Assembly (NCBI GenBank): GCA_963737655.1
Contig: CAVTTN010000002.1
Coordinates: 7,136,001-7,200,000 of the forward strand
Reading direction: 5' to 3'
Length of the DNA: 64,000 nt
Origin: an uncultured Planctomycetota bacterium
GTDB taxonomy: Bacteria > Planctomycetota > Planctomycetia > Isosphaerales > Isosphaeraceae
Part shown: in pieces, positions 21,595-30,141 of the stretch
Layout of the letters: each line of letters opens with the position of its first letter
Position numbering within the stretch: position 1 is the stretch's first letter
The notes under the pieces: model-generated
Databases searched by the model: none
Seen by the model: only the letters and a program-made list of their open reading frames with translations
What the model was told of the DNA's origin: nothing
Translations under genes and position numbers: made by a program

Positions 21595-23276
21595 ATGTTC
21601 CGCCGCCTCCTCCATCCGTCCGCGTTCCGCCGCGCCCTGCCCGCCCGAGTCGCCTCGCACGCCCCCCCCGGACGGACCCGGGCGCGGCCGCGGCTCGAGG
21701 GGCTCGAAGGGCGGTGCCTGCTCTCGGGGATCTCGGGCACGGCGCAGTATCCCATCCCGATCGGCAGCTCCGTTTACATCACGGGAGGGCCCGGCGGCAA
21801 CCTCTGGTTCACCGATCAGCAGACCAACGGCACCTGCTATGTTGGCACCATCAATTCCGCGACCCGCGCCATCAGCGAGTATCCCATCCCCACGACCAAT
21901 TGCTATCCGAGGGAGATCACGACCGGCCCAGATGGAAACATCTACTTCACCGAATTCGGGGCCAACAAACTCGGGAGGATCAACCCGACGACCCACGCCA
22001 TCACGGAATTCAGCATCCCGGCCGACTCCCAACCCTGGGGCATCGTTACCGGCCCGGACGGGAACCTCTGGTTTGCCGAGAGGGGTGGGAACTCCACGAC
22101 GGGCAGCGCGATCGATTCCTTCAATCCGACGACGCACGTTTTCAGCTCGTATGCCACGTACCTCGGCAACGGGAACTATCTCGGCGTCGGGCCGACAGGG
22201 CTCACGACCGGCATCGACGGCAACCTCTGGTTCACGACCTACGACGGCGCCGTCGGCAGCATCAACCCGACGACGCACGTGATCCAGGAATATCCCATCC
22301 CGACCAGCGGGGCCACATCCTATGACATCGCCACGGGTCCCGATGGCAATCTCTGGTTCACCATGCCCTCTGCCAACCCGGGGTCCGAGGGACAGCAGGT
22401 CGTCTCATTCAATCCGAACACGCAGGCCTTCTATCCCATCGCCGTCCCCGGCGGGGGCGAACCTTACGGGATCACGACCGGCCCCGACGGCAACCTGTGG
22501 TTCGCCGAGGCCGGAACCGGCCAGGTCGGCCGGATCAACCCGACGACCGACGCCCTCACCCAGTTCCCGATTTCGGCCGGCCGGGGGATCACGACTGGCC
22601 CCGACGGCAACCTTTGGCTCGCCTCCGGCTCGACCATCACCGTCGCGACGCCGGGCCAGTCCGAAACCGACCTGGTGGTCACGCAGCAACCACCATCCAG
22701 CGTCACCGCGGGGGCCGGCTTCGGCTTGACGGTCGCCGCCGAAGACGGCTCGGGGGACGTCGTCACGTCGTTCAACGGCACGGTCACCCTGTCGCTCGGC
22801 AACAACCCCGGCGGCGACACTCTCGGAGGGACGACGGTCAACGCCGTCAACGGCGTGGCGACCTTCTCCGGGCTGTTGCTGACGAAGAGCGACCCGGGTT
22901 ATGCGCTCGTGGCCTCGGCGGGCCTCGACGGCGAGGGCGTCACCGGCGCGTTCGCCGTGACCCCGGCGGCGGCCTCGCAGGTCGTGGTTACGCAGCAGCC
23001 TCCTTCGAGCGTCTCGACGAACTCGGCGTTCACCGTCATCGCGGCGATCGAGGACCAGTACGGCAATATCGTGACCTCGGCCAACGGCGCCGTGACGATC
23101 GCCATCGGCACGAATCCGGGGGCTCCACGCTCGGAGGGACCACGACGGTCTCGGCCGTGGACGGTGTCGTGACGTTCTCGAACCTGACTCTGAACAAGAA
23201 GGGCAAGGGCTACACCCTGAAGCTCTCGTCGGCGGGGCTCCTCGGCACCACGACCTCGGCGTTCAAGGTCGGCTGA
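21595..23276 (+). CDS. Secreted Vgb (virginiamycin B lyase)-like beta-propeller with C-terminal Ig-like domains and an N-terminal LEPR-XLL-type motif; frameshift near 23120
   Basis: RPRLEGLEGRCLLS; seven ITTGPDGNLWF-type repeats; LVVTQQPPSSV Ig repeats. The C-terminus continues in another frame to TGA 23276. Confidence 0.85.
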
Positions 23277-23780
23277 GGCCTGGGCCGCCCGCCACACCGG
23301 TCTGCGACACCCCCGGGCGGAGGGGAGTCGTGGGTCGCGGCGGCCGGCCCTGCCAGCCGGCGGAGGGACGCGTCGGTCCGCCATACCGAACGTTGCAAAC
23401 AATCGAGGGCCGGTACGACTTTCTGGCGATCGGCGTGACCGACTCCGGGGCCTGGGCTCCGTCGGGCGCCCGTACGGCGGGGGCCGCCGGGCGGAGGTAC
23501 GGCAGCGGACGCATGCGTCCGATCGAACCGGCCCGCCGGTCCGTCCCGCCATGCGGTCCCGTGCGATCGGCGCGGCCTCCTCGGCGGAGTCCCTGACGGC
23601 CTCGACGTCGGGAGCCTCGGCGCACGGCCCCGGGCCGGGTGCCGGCCGGTAACGATGGCGAAGGGTCGGGGAGGGCCGGCCGCCAGGCGGCGATCGGCCG
23701 GCGGGGCCGAGGCCCGGGGGACCGATGGGCCAGGCCTCCCCCGCCCCGACCCGACCCGACCCGACCAGGGACGCGGCGGT

Positions 23781-23797
23781 GTAGACTCCGCGTCCAC
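23781..23797. repeat. 17-bp palindrome, degenerate C-type, GTAGACTCCGCGTCCAC
   Basis: Two mismatches to the C-type consensus. Confidence 0.5.
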
Positions 23798-24484
23798 CGA
23801 TCCCTACCGGGTCCTCCTGATGAGGGGGATCAAGGGATGTTTCTGAGCTCGACGGACGCCGAGACCCGGATGTACCTGGCGGACCTGCTCGGCGGGAGGG
23901 CCTGAGATCGATCGCGGGCCAGATGACGAGGGACTGCCCTCCGCGATGTGGACTTCACCTCCACGACTACCGGAAGACTACCGGGTCGGACGGCGGGATA
24001 CCGCGATTCCTCGCGATTTTTCGCTCCGGTAGGAGGACGCTTGCGAATCCGGTCCGGTCTGGCAAGATGATTTTGGGCAACGGTTTACGAGGCTTTCCCC
24101 CGTCGCCCTCGGCCGCAAGTCACGCCGCGGTGGTCGTGGGTCACGGCGAGCGAGGGGCGACGGTCGGCGTGCGCGGGGCAGAGGCCCTCGTGCTGGGGCC
24201 GGCCGTCGCAGCCTACGGCCGCCCGCCGGAACCTCCGGTCACCGACCTCATGCGCCGATCGGAGCCGCTCGAACGCCTGGCGGCCCGCCGCCTCATCGCC
24301 ATGGGCGTGGGCTTCCTCGCCGCCGCCGGTCGCGAAGCGGGGCCGCCCCGAGCTTCGGGCCCGCGGCCACGGATGGCAAGCCGGGTGCGGGGCCCGGTCC
24401 TGCCGGGCGTCGATCGCCGGTGCCTCGGAGAAGCAGCGGCCCGAGGGCCTCCGCCCCGCGTCCCGGAGCAGCGCCGGGATCGGG

Positions 24485-24501
24485 GTGGAAGCGGCTTCCA
24501 C
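24485..24501. repeat. 17-bp palindrome, A-type, GTGGAAGCGGCTTCCAC
   Basis: Perfect palindrome downstream of the integrase. Confidence 0.9.
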
Positions 24502-24627
24502 TCCGCGGCTGGTCGACGCCCCTGGGAACCCTTGGCGGAGGTGGTCGTGGGACTTCCGACCCGGGCGTGGGCGGGCCGAACCGCGTTCGAGATCAAGCAT
24601 GAGCACTCGACATTCGGCCGCGACGGG

Positions 24628-24644
24628 GTGGACGCCGCGTCCAC
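24628..24644. repeat. 17-bp palindrome, C-type, GTGGACGCCGCGTCCAC
   Basis: Perfect; starts 143 bp after the A-type copy, about 50 bp from the integrase stop. Confidence 0.9.
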
Positions 24645-24693
24645 CGGTCGCCCACAGGCTGACACCCGACCGCCGGGTGGGCAGGGCCCGTCC

Positions 24694-25589
24694 TCAGCCG
24701 ACCTGGCCCATGACGGCGATGGCCTTCTGCCGATCGGCCTCGGCATAGATTTCGGTCGTCAGGGCCGAGGCGTGGCCGAGGACGACCCGCGCGACCTCGA
24801 TCCCGTATTCCTTGCGGAGCCGGGTCGCGGCCGAGTGCCTGAGCTGAGGGGGGTGCCATGGCGCGACCCCGGCCTTCTTGCACCCATAGCGGACCGCGTG
24901 GAGGTAGGTCCGTGGGACGTAGCGTTCCTCGGGGGGGCGGCCCGGGGCCTTCCGGGACCGGTCCTTCTGGGAGGGCGGGACGGGGGTCTTGCGGGCCGCC
25001 CGCTTCCGCTCCTGGCGTTCGGCCACCGCCTCGCGACCCGCGCCCTCCTCGACGGTGGCGCGGGCCGTCGGCGCGCCTGGTGGACTGAGGGCGGGACCAT
25101 CTCCTCGGCCACGGCCCACTTGAACAGCCGCACGATCCGCCCGACCCTCGGGTTGACCTGGTTGCGGCACAGGCCCGAGTCGACCATCGCCTGGCGGACC
25201 GCCTTCAGGGCCAGCGGGCCGAACGCGGTGGCGGCGGTCTGGTCGTAGAGGCGGCGAAGCGGGCGGAGGGAGAGCTTGATGTTGTCGAGCTCGTGGGAAC
25301 TCCGGCCGGCAACGGGGTAGTGCCGTCCCGCGAATTCGAGGTAGGCGACGAGTAGCTCGGACACGGTCAAGGCCGGCGGCGCGGGATCCCCTCCGAGGGT
25401 CCGGGCGTCTCGGGGTGCGTCCCGGCGGCCGTGGGCGAGCCACTCGGACACGAGGCGATCGTACTCGGCACGGCTGTCCGGGGAGCCGTACCTGCCGAGG
25501 TAGCGGTCGCGACCGGAGAGGGTCACGACGGCCTGGCCGGAGGGCCTGTGGAGGCGGTAGGAGGGGGTGCGGGGCGAGCGGGCGGGCAC
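24694..25589 (-). pseudogene. Tyrosine integrase (planctomycete phage-integrase type) with internal deletion and frameshift
   Basis: N-terminal PSYRLHRPSGQAVVTLSGRDRYLG; C-terminal HPPQLRHSAAT, VLGH, TTEIYAE. The box containing the first catalytic Arg is absent; junction at about 25030-25080. Confidence 0.88.
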
Positions 25590-25697
25590 GGCGGGCCGCC
25601 AATCCGGTCGTCTACCGGAATTCTTGGAGGCTTTCGGCCGCGCGATCCCGCCGGGGATCGGTACACAAGTGTGGCGTTCGGCGGGGTCCGTATTGAG

Positions 25698-25771
25698 GGT
25701 GCCTGACGGGATTCGAACCCGCGATCCCCAGATCCACAATCTGGTGCGTTAACCGCTACGCCACAGGCACC
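25698..25771 (-). tRNA. tRNA-His (GUG) with G-1; CCA not encoded
   Basis: GGTGCCTGTGGCGTAGCGGTTAACGCACCAGATTGTGGATCTGGGGATCGCGGGTTCGAATCCCGTCAGGCACC folds into a cloverleaf with anticodon GTG. Confidence 0.97.
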
Positions 25772-25802
25772 GTCTTTTTCGCTTGCGCGAGGCTGCCAAA
25801 CC

Positions 25803-25831
25803 AGGATACGGGCGTGCCCGGACGGCGTCAA
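25803..25831 (-). promoter_or_regulatory. Sigma70-type promoter for tRNA-His
   Basis: TTGACG-N17-TATCCT, about 30 bp upstream of the tRNA. Confidence 0.6.
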
Positions 25832-25990
25832 GGAGGTGGCGAGGGATCGGAATGGCGAGGGGCCGCGGAATTCCGACGGATCGTCTCTTGACGGAAGGGG
25901 ATCGGGTCTGATGGGATGATCCGATCGGGGTCGTCGGCCGAGGGTCGGGCCGGGGGTCGGGTGTTCGAGTCGGGGGAGGGGGGTCGGAAC

Positions 25991-26977
25991 ATGCTCCGCC
26001 TGGGGATCGTCGGGTGCGGCCGCGCCGCGAGGATCCACTTGCCCCGGCTCCTCGCTCGCGAGGGGGTGCGGGTCGTGGCCCTGGCCGACGTCGAGCCCTC
26101 GGCGGTCCGGGACATGGCCGCGATGGTCCCGGACGGCGAGAGCGGGCCGGTCCTCACGTTCTCCGACCACAAGGAGCTGCTCGGCAAGGCATCGCCCGAC
26201 GCCCTGGCGATCTTCGCTCCCCATCGCCACCATTACCGGCTGGCGATGGACGCCCTCCAGGCCCGCTGCCACGTGTTCATCGAGAAGCCGCTGTCCACCA
26301 ACGCCCAGGAAGCCGACGATATCGTGGGGCTGGCCCGGGGCCGAGGGCGGATCGTGGCCGTCGGGCATCAGTACCGGCTCTCGCCCAGCCTGATCGAAGC
26401 CCGCAGGAGGATCGACGCCGGGGCGATCGGCCCGATCCGCCTGGTCACGGCGTCGCTGTCGGCGCCGTGGCTGGCCCGGCATCAGGAGAAGGCCGACGCC
26501 TGGCGGCTCGACCCGAAGCTGGCCGGCGGGGGCATCCTGGCCGACGCCGGCGACCATCTCCTGGACGCCCTGCTCTGGACGACCGGCCGACCGGCGGCGG
26601 AGGTCGCGGCCTTCCAGACCCGGCACGCCCCGGGCCTGGACATCGTGACCGCCGCGGCCCTGAAGCTGGGGGACGGCATCCCCGCGACTTTGGCGATCTC
26701 GGGCGTCTGCCCGGGATCGTTGTTCGAATTGGTGTATTATGGAGAGTCCGGGCGGCTCCGGGCGACCGACTCGGCCCTGACGACCGCCTCCGGCTCCGGC
26801 CCGGAAGAGGCGGTGGGCCTCGCCGGCGCCTCGGAGACCATCGACGGCGACTTCGTGGCGGCCGTGGCCCGGGGCGGTTCGCCGGCTTGCCCGGCCGAGG
26901 ACGCCGTGGCGACCGTCCGGCTCCTGGAGGCGATCGCCCGGTCGGCGACCTCCGGGCAAGTCGTTCGACTGGGCTGA
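25991..26977 (+). CDS. Gfo/Idh/MocA family oxidoreductase
   Basis: LRLGIVGCGRAA, HVFIEKPL, GGGILADAGDHLLD. Confidence 0.92.
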   Translation: MLRLGIVGCGRAARIHLPRLLAREGVRVVALADVEPSAVRDMAAMVPDGESGPVLTFSDHKELLGKASPDALAIFAPHRHHYRLAMDALQARCHVFIEKPLSTNAQEADDIVGLARGRGRIVAVGHQYRLSPSLIEARRRIDAGAIGPIRLVTASLSAPWLARHQEKADAWRLDPKLAGGGILADAGDHLLDALLWTTGRPAAEVAAFQTRHAPGLDIVTAAALKLGDGIPATLAISGVCPGSLFELVYYGESGRLRATDSALTTASGSGPEEAVGLAGASETIDGDFVAAVARGGSPACPAEDAVATVRLLEAIARSATSGQVVRLG

Positions 26978-27209
26978 ACGGTGCCGAGGACGGCCTGGGA
27001 CAGGCTCGTCCTCAAGCGGGGGGCTGGGGTGCCGAAAATCGTCCTAACGCGAAGCTTGACATCGCCCCGCGCCCCGACTACCAGTGATGGCTCTGCGCTC
27101 GGGGCGACCGATCGAGGTCGGCCCGGGCGGGCCGACAGATAGGGGATCTTACGCCCGGGGGCGGGCGACTCGATCGACCCCCGGACCTCCTTGCCTAAGG
27201 ACCGACCTG

Positions 27210-27533
27210 ATGTGGGACCGTCTGGACCAGCTTGCGATTCTCGAAGAGGGCCTTGCCGACCGGCCGGCTCACCCCCTCTTCGACCGCCATCCCGAGGAGG
27301 AAGCCGACGAGGAATTCGACGACGAGATCGACGACGAGGATGATGACCTCGACGACGATTTGGAGGACGACGACCTCGACGACGACCTCGACGACGAAGA
27401 CGACGACCTCGACGAGGACCTCAGCGACATCGACGACATTGACATCGACGAGGAAGAGGACGACGACCTCGACGATGACCTCGATGATCTCGACGACGAC
27501 GAGGACGAGGAGATCGAGGACGAGGAGCCCTGA
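27210..27533 (+). CDS. Highly acidic low-complexity protein (107 aa)
   Basis: Short N-terminus followed by about 80 residues of DDDL/EED repeats. Confidence 0.7.
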   Translation: MWDRLDQLAILEEGLADRPAHPLFDRHPEEEADEEFDDEIDDEDDDLDDDLEDDDLDDDLDDEDDDLDEDLSDIDDIDIDEEEDDDLDDDLDDLDDDEDEEIEDEEP

Positions 27534-27731
27534 TCCCCAGACCGGCGGCCCGCCGTCTTCCCGGGAACCAGACCCGGGCGGATGTCGGGCCGCGCCTTCC
27601 TGTGGACTTCGGGAAACTTCGACTGGTCAGGCGAGGCCCGGACGGACTATCATCACCAATTCCCCGGCCTCGGCCCTCGCCCGATCGCGGCGAGCCGCCG
27701 ATCCCCGGCCGGGGGAGGAGCGCTCACGCCC

Positions 27732-28151
27732 ATGGCCGCCGCCGAGGATCAGCCCGCCGACCGAGAGCTCTCGACTCGCCGGCTTCGCGAGCAGACTCAG
27801 CGCGATTTCGAGCTGGAGTTCCTCGGTCGGGTGCTCGAGCGCGACCCGTTCTTCGTCGACGTGCTGAGGGTCCACGCCAATAATCTGGCGGCCCGAGGGC
27901 AGTCCGCCCGCGCCCTCCAGATCGACCGCCGACTCGTCCGCCTCCAGCCCGACCGCTCGATCCCGTGGTACAACCTCGGGTGCAGCTACGCCGTCCTCGG
28001 GATGGCCGACCCGGCGTTTTCCGCCTTGCAGAGGGCCGTGGACCTGGGCTATCCCCGGATCGACCACATGGCCCGAGATCCGGACCTCAAGGCCCTCCGC
28101 CGAGACCCCCGATTCGTCCGCCTGATGAGGAAGGCCCTGAGCGCCGAGTGA
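27732..28151 (+). CDS. TPR-repeat protein
   Basis: [45 protein letters not shown]. Confidence 0.85.
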   Translation: MAAAEDQPADRELSTRRLREQTQRDFELEFLGRVLERDPFFVDVLRVHANNLAARGQSARALQIDRRLVRLQPDRSIPWYNLGCSYAVLGMADPAFSALQRAVDLGYPRIDHMARDPDLKALRRDPRFVRLMRKALSAE

Positions 28152-28183
28152 GGTCACCGGCCGATCGCCGCGAACTTTCTTCC

Positions 28184-29014
28184 ATGCACTACCACCAATA
28201 CGATCACGTCCACGAGGCCGTCCGGGCCGTCCGATCCTCCTGGTCGGGGTCGCCGACCGTCGGGATCGTCCTGGGGACCGGCCTGGGCGCCCTGGCCTCG
28301 GAGATTGCCTCCGAGGCGACGATCCCCTACGACCAGATCCCCCATTTCCCGCGTTCCACGGTCCAGAGTCACGCCGGCCGGCTGGTTTGCGGAACGCTCG
28401 CCGGGCGGTCTGTGGTGGCGATGGAGGGGCGGTTCCACCTGTATGAAGGCTACACCTCCGCCCAGGTCACCTTCCCGATCCGCGTCCTGAAGGAGCTGGG
28501 TTGCGCGACCCTGATCGTCTCCAACGCCGCCGGGGGGATGAACCCGCTCCACGACAAGGGGGACCTGATCGTCATCGAGGACCACATCAACCTGATGGCG
28601 GTCAATCCCCTGATCGGCCCGAACGACGAGAGGCTCGGCCCCAGGTTTCCCGACCTGATCGAGCCCTACGACCGCACTCTCCAGGACCTGGCCCTTCGCG
28701 CGGCCCTGGAGGAAAACATCGTCGCCCACCGGGGCGTGTATGTGGCCGTGACCGGGCCGAACCTGGAAACCCGGGCCGAATACCGGTTCCTCCGGGCGAT
28801 CGGGGCCGACGTGGTGGGGATGTCCACCGTCCCCGAGGTCCTCGTGGCGGTCCACGCCGGGATGAAGGTCCTGGGGTTCTCGATCGTCACCGACCTCTGC
28901 CTCCCCGACGCCCTGGAGCCGGCGAAGATCGAGGACATCCTGGCCGTCGCCCGGGTCGCTGAGGGGAAGCTGCGGACCGTCGTCACCAAGGTCCTCCAGA
29001 GGCTCGACGCCTGA
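28184..29014 (+). CDS. punA: Purine-nucleoside phosphorylase (trimeric type)
   Basis: [47 protein letters not shown]. Confidence 0.95.
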   Translation: MHYHQYDHVHEAVRAVRSSWSGSPTVGIVLGTGLGALASEIASEATIPYDQIPHFPRSTVQSHAGRLVCGTLAGRSVVAMEGRFHLYEGYTSAQVTFPIRVLKELGCATLIVSNAAGGMNPLHDKGDLIVIEDHINLMAVNPLIGPNDERLGPRFPDLIEPYDRTLQDLALRAALEENIVAHRGVYVAVTGPNLETRAEYRFLRAIGADVVGMSTVPEVLVAVHAGMKVLGFSIVTDLCLPDALEPAKIEDILAVARVAEGKLRTVVTKVLQRLDA

Positions 29015-29150
29015 GATCGGTCCCCACGAGCGAGCGAACCGAAAGTCGTCCGGCCGCGTCCGTCCCAGAGGCGACGAGGCGGGGTTGAGCCGGTCCGGGA
29101 AGATCGGCGACAATCGGAGAGACCCCGTCGGGCTCCCGGAGGCGTGGACC

Positions 29151-29393
29151 ATGACCGATGCGACGACCAAGGCTCCGCTCCGCGTGATCCCTGCGGAGGG
29201 GACCGGGCCTTATCTCAGGCTTCCGCTGTCGCAACTCGCCGATGTCCGTCGGTTGCTCGATTCTCACGGGATTCGCTACTGGCCCGACCCGGAGGCGATC
29301 TCCATGAACGGCGGTCCTCCAATCGCCTATATCAACTTCAGCCGGACGGTCGAGGCCGAGACGGTGCAAGATCTTCTTGATCGCCAGCCCTGA
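29151..29393 (+). CDS. Small hypothetical protein (80 aa), possible partner of the downstream HEPN protein
   Basis: GGAGG RBS; MTDATTKAPLRV..GPYLRLPLSQLADVRRLLDSHGIRYW. Confidence 0.7.
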   Translation: MTDATTKAPLRVIPAEGTGPYLRLPLSQLADVRRLLDSHGIRYWPDPEAISMNGGPPIAYINFSRTVEAETVQDLLDRQP

Positions 29394-29409
29394 TGTCCGG
29401 AGTCCTTGG

Positions 29410-30123
29410 ATGGGCTTGTCCGACGACCTTCCCCCCCTCGCCGATCGGGTCCTGGCACGCCTTCATCAAATGGTCGAGTATCATGTCAACAGCATGCGAG
29501 CATGGCGACTGATCGAGGAGGCAGTCGCCGGAGGTCTCTCATTCTCCCTGATGGACATGACGAACGGTCAAGAGACGAGTGACGGCGGCCGGATCGTCGT
29601 GCTCTCTCAGCGTTACCTGGCGGAAGAACTGCCGTCGTCTACCCTCGAGAAATCGGTGGCCGTTCTCGAGGAGTTCCTGATCGGTTTCTACCGCCTCTGG
29701 TTGAAGTCATATCCGGTTCCGATGGCGAAGCGGCAAATCGCCTTTGATGAGATCGAGAGACTGCCCGACAAGGAGGCCATCGTCGAGCGATTCGTCGATC
29801 GGGTGATCCGTGAACTCGCTTACAAAGGGCCGGCCGACTGGTTCAAGACGCTCAAGGAAACGACGAAGCTCGGAAATCCGACGGACGACGAGATCAGGAG
29901 GTCTTGCGAGATCAAGGCCACTCGGGATGTCTTGGTCCACAATCAGGGCATCGTGAACTGGCTCTACCTCGATAAGACCGGGGCCCTGGCGAGGTTCGCC
30001 GAAGGTCAGCAGGTCGAAATCCCTCACGATTACCTCGTCGAATCGACCGTCCTGATCAGGAAGATCATCGAAGACATGACCGCGGCGGCCGTCGCCAAAC
30101 ATTCGCGACCCGAGAAGAACTAG
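29410..30123 (+). CDS. HEPN-like protein, putative RNase
   Basis: Helical protein with EIKATRDVLVHNQGIVN (R-x4-H motif); GC lower than neighbouring genes. Confidence 0.65.
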   Translation: MGLSDDLPPLADRVLARLHQMVEYHVNSMRAWRLIEEAVAGGLSFSLMDMTNGQETSDGGRIVVLSQRYLAEELPSSTLEKSVAVLEEFLIGFYRLWLKSYPVPMAKRQIAFDEIERLPDKEAIVERFVDRVIRELAYKGPADWFKTLKETTKLGNPTDDEIRRSCEIKATRDVLVHNQGIVNWLYLDKTGALARFAEGQQVEIPHDYLVESTVLIRKIIEDMTAAAVAKHSRPEKN

Positions 30124-30141
30124 GAATCATTCGACCCGATC

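Larger units (their letters stand above)
1..25697. mobile_element. Decaying integrative element/genomic island at the 3' end of tRNA-His; left boundary not seen in the window
   Basis: Integrase directly downstream of the tRNA, DUF1580, Prim-Pol, IS remnants, defence genes, and a high lesion density compared with the region beyond 25.8 kb. Confidence 0.75.

Noticed and set aside
17463..21755. Very long antisense or alternative-frame ORFs (also 4013-6868, 10619-14200, 30820-33615, 34013-37924, 47046-50063, 51872-55198)
   Set aside because: Shadow ORFs of real genes in high-GC DNA; Arg/Gly/Pro-rich with no recognisable motifs.
21780..22630. Repeated GGCCCCGACGGCAACCTCTGG units as a DNA repeat array or DGR template
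   Set aside because: They encode the GPDGNLW blades of the beta-propeller; there is no reverse transcriptase or adenine-specific variation.
23300..24480. ORFs between the beta-propeller gene and the integrase, and a short (CCCGA)n run near 23745
   Set aside because: No recognisable protein motifs; likely eroded remnants and simple sequence.
10513..24644. Palindromes as a degenerate CRISPR array
   Set aside because: Spacing ranges from 0.1 to 7 kb, the unit is only 17 bp, and there are no cas genes.
1..25697. Second att site (duplicate of the tRNA-His 3' end)
   Set aside because: No copy found by eye in the window; it is probably further left or deleted.
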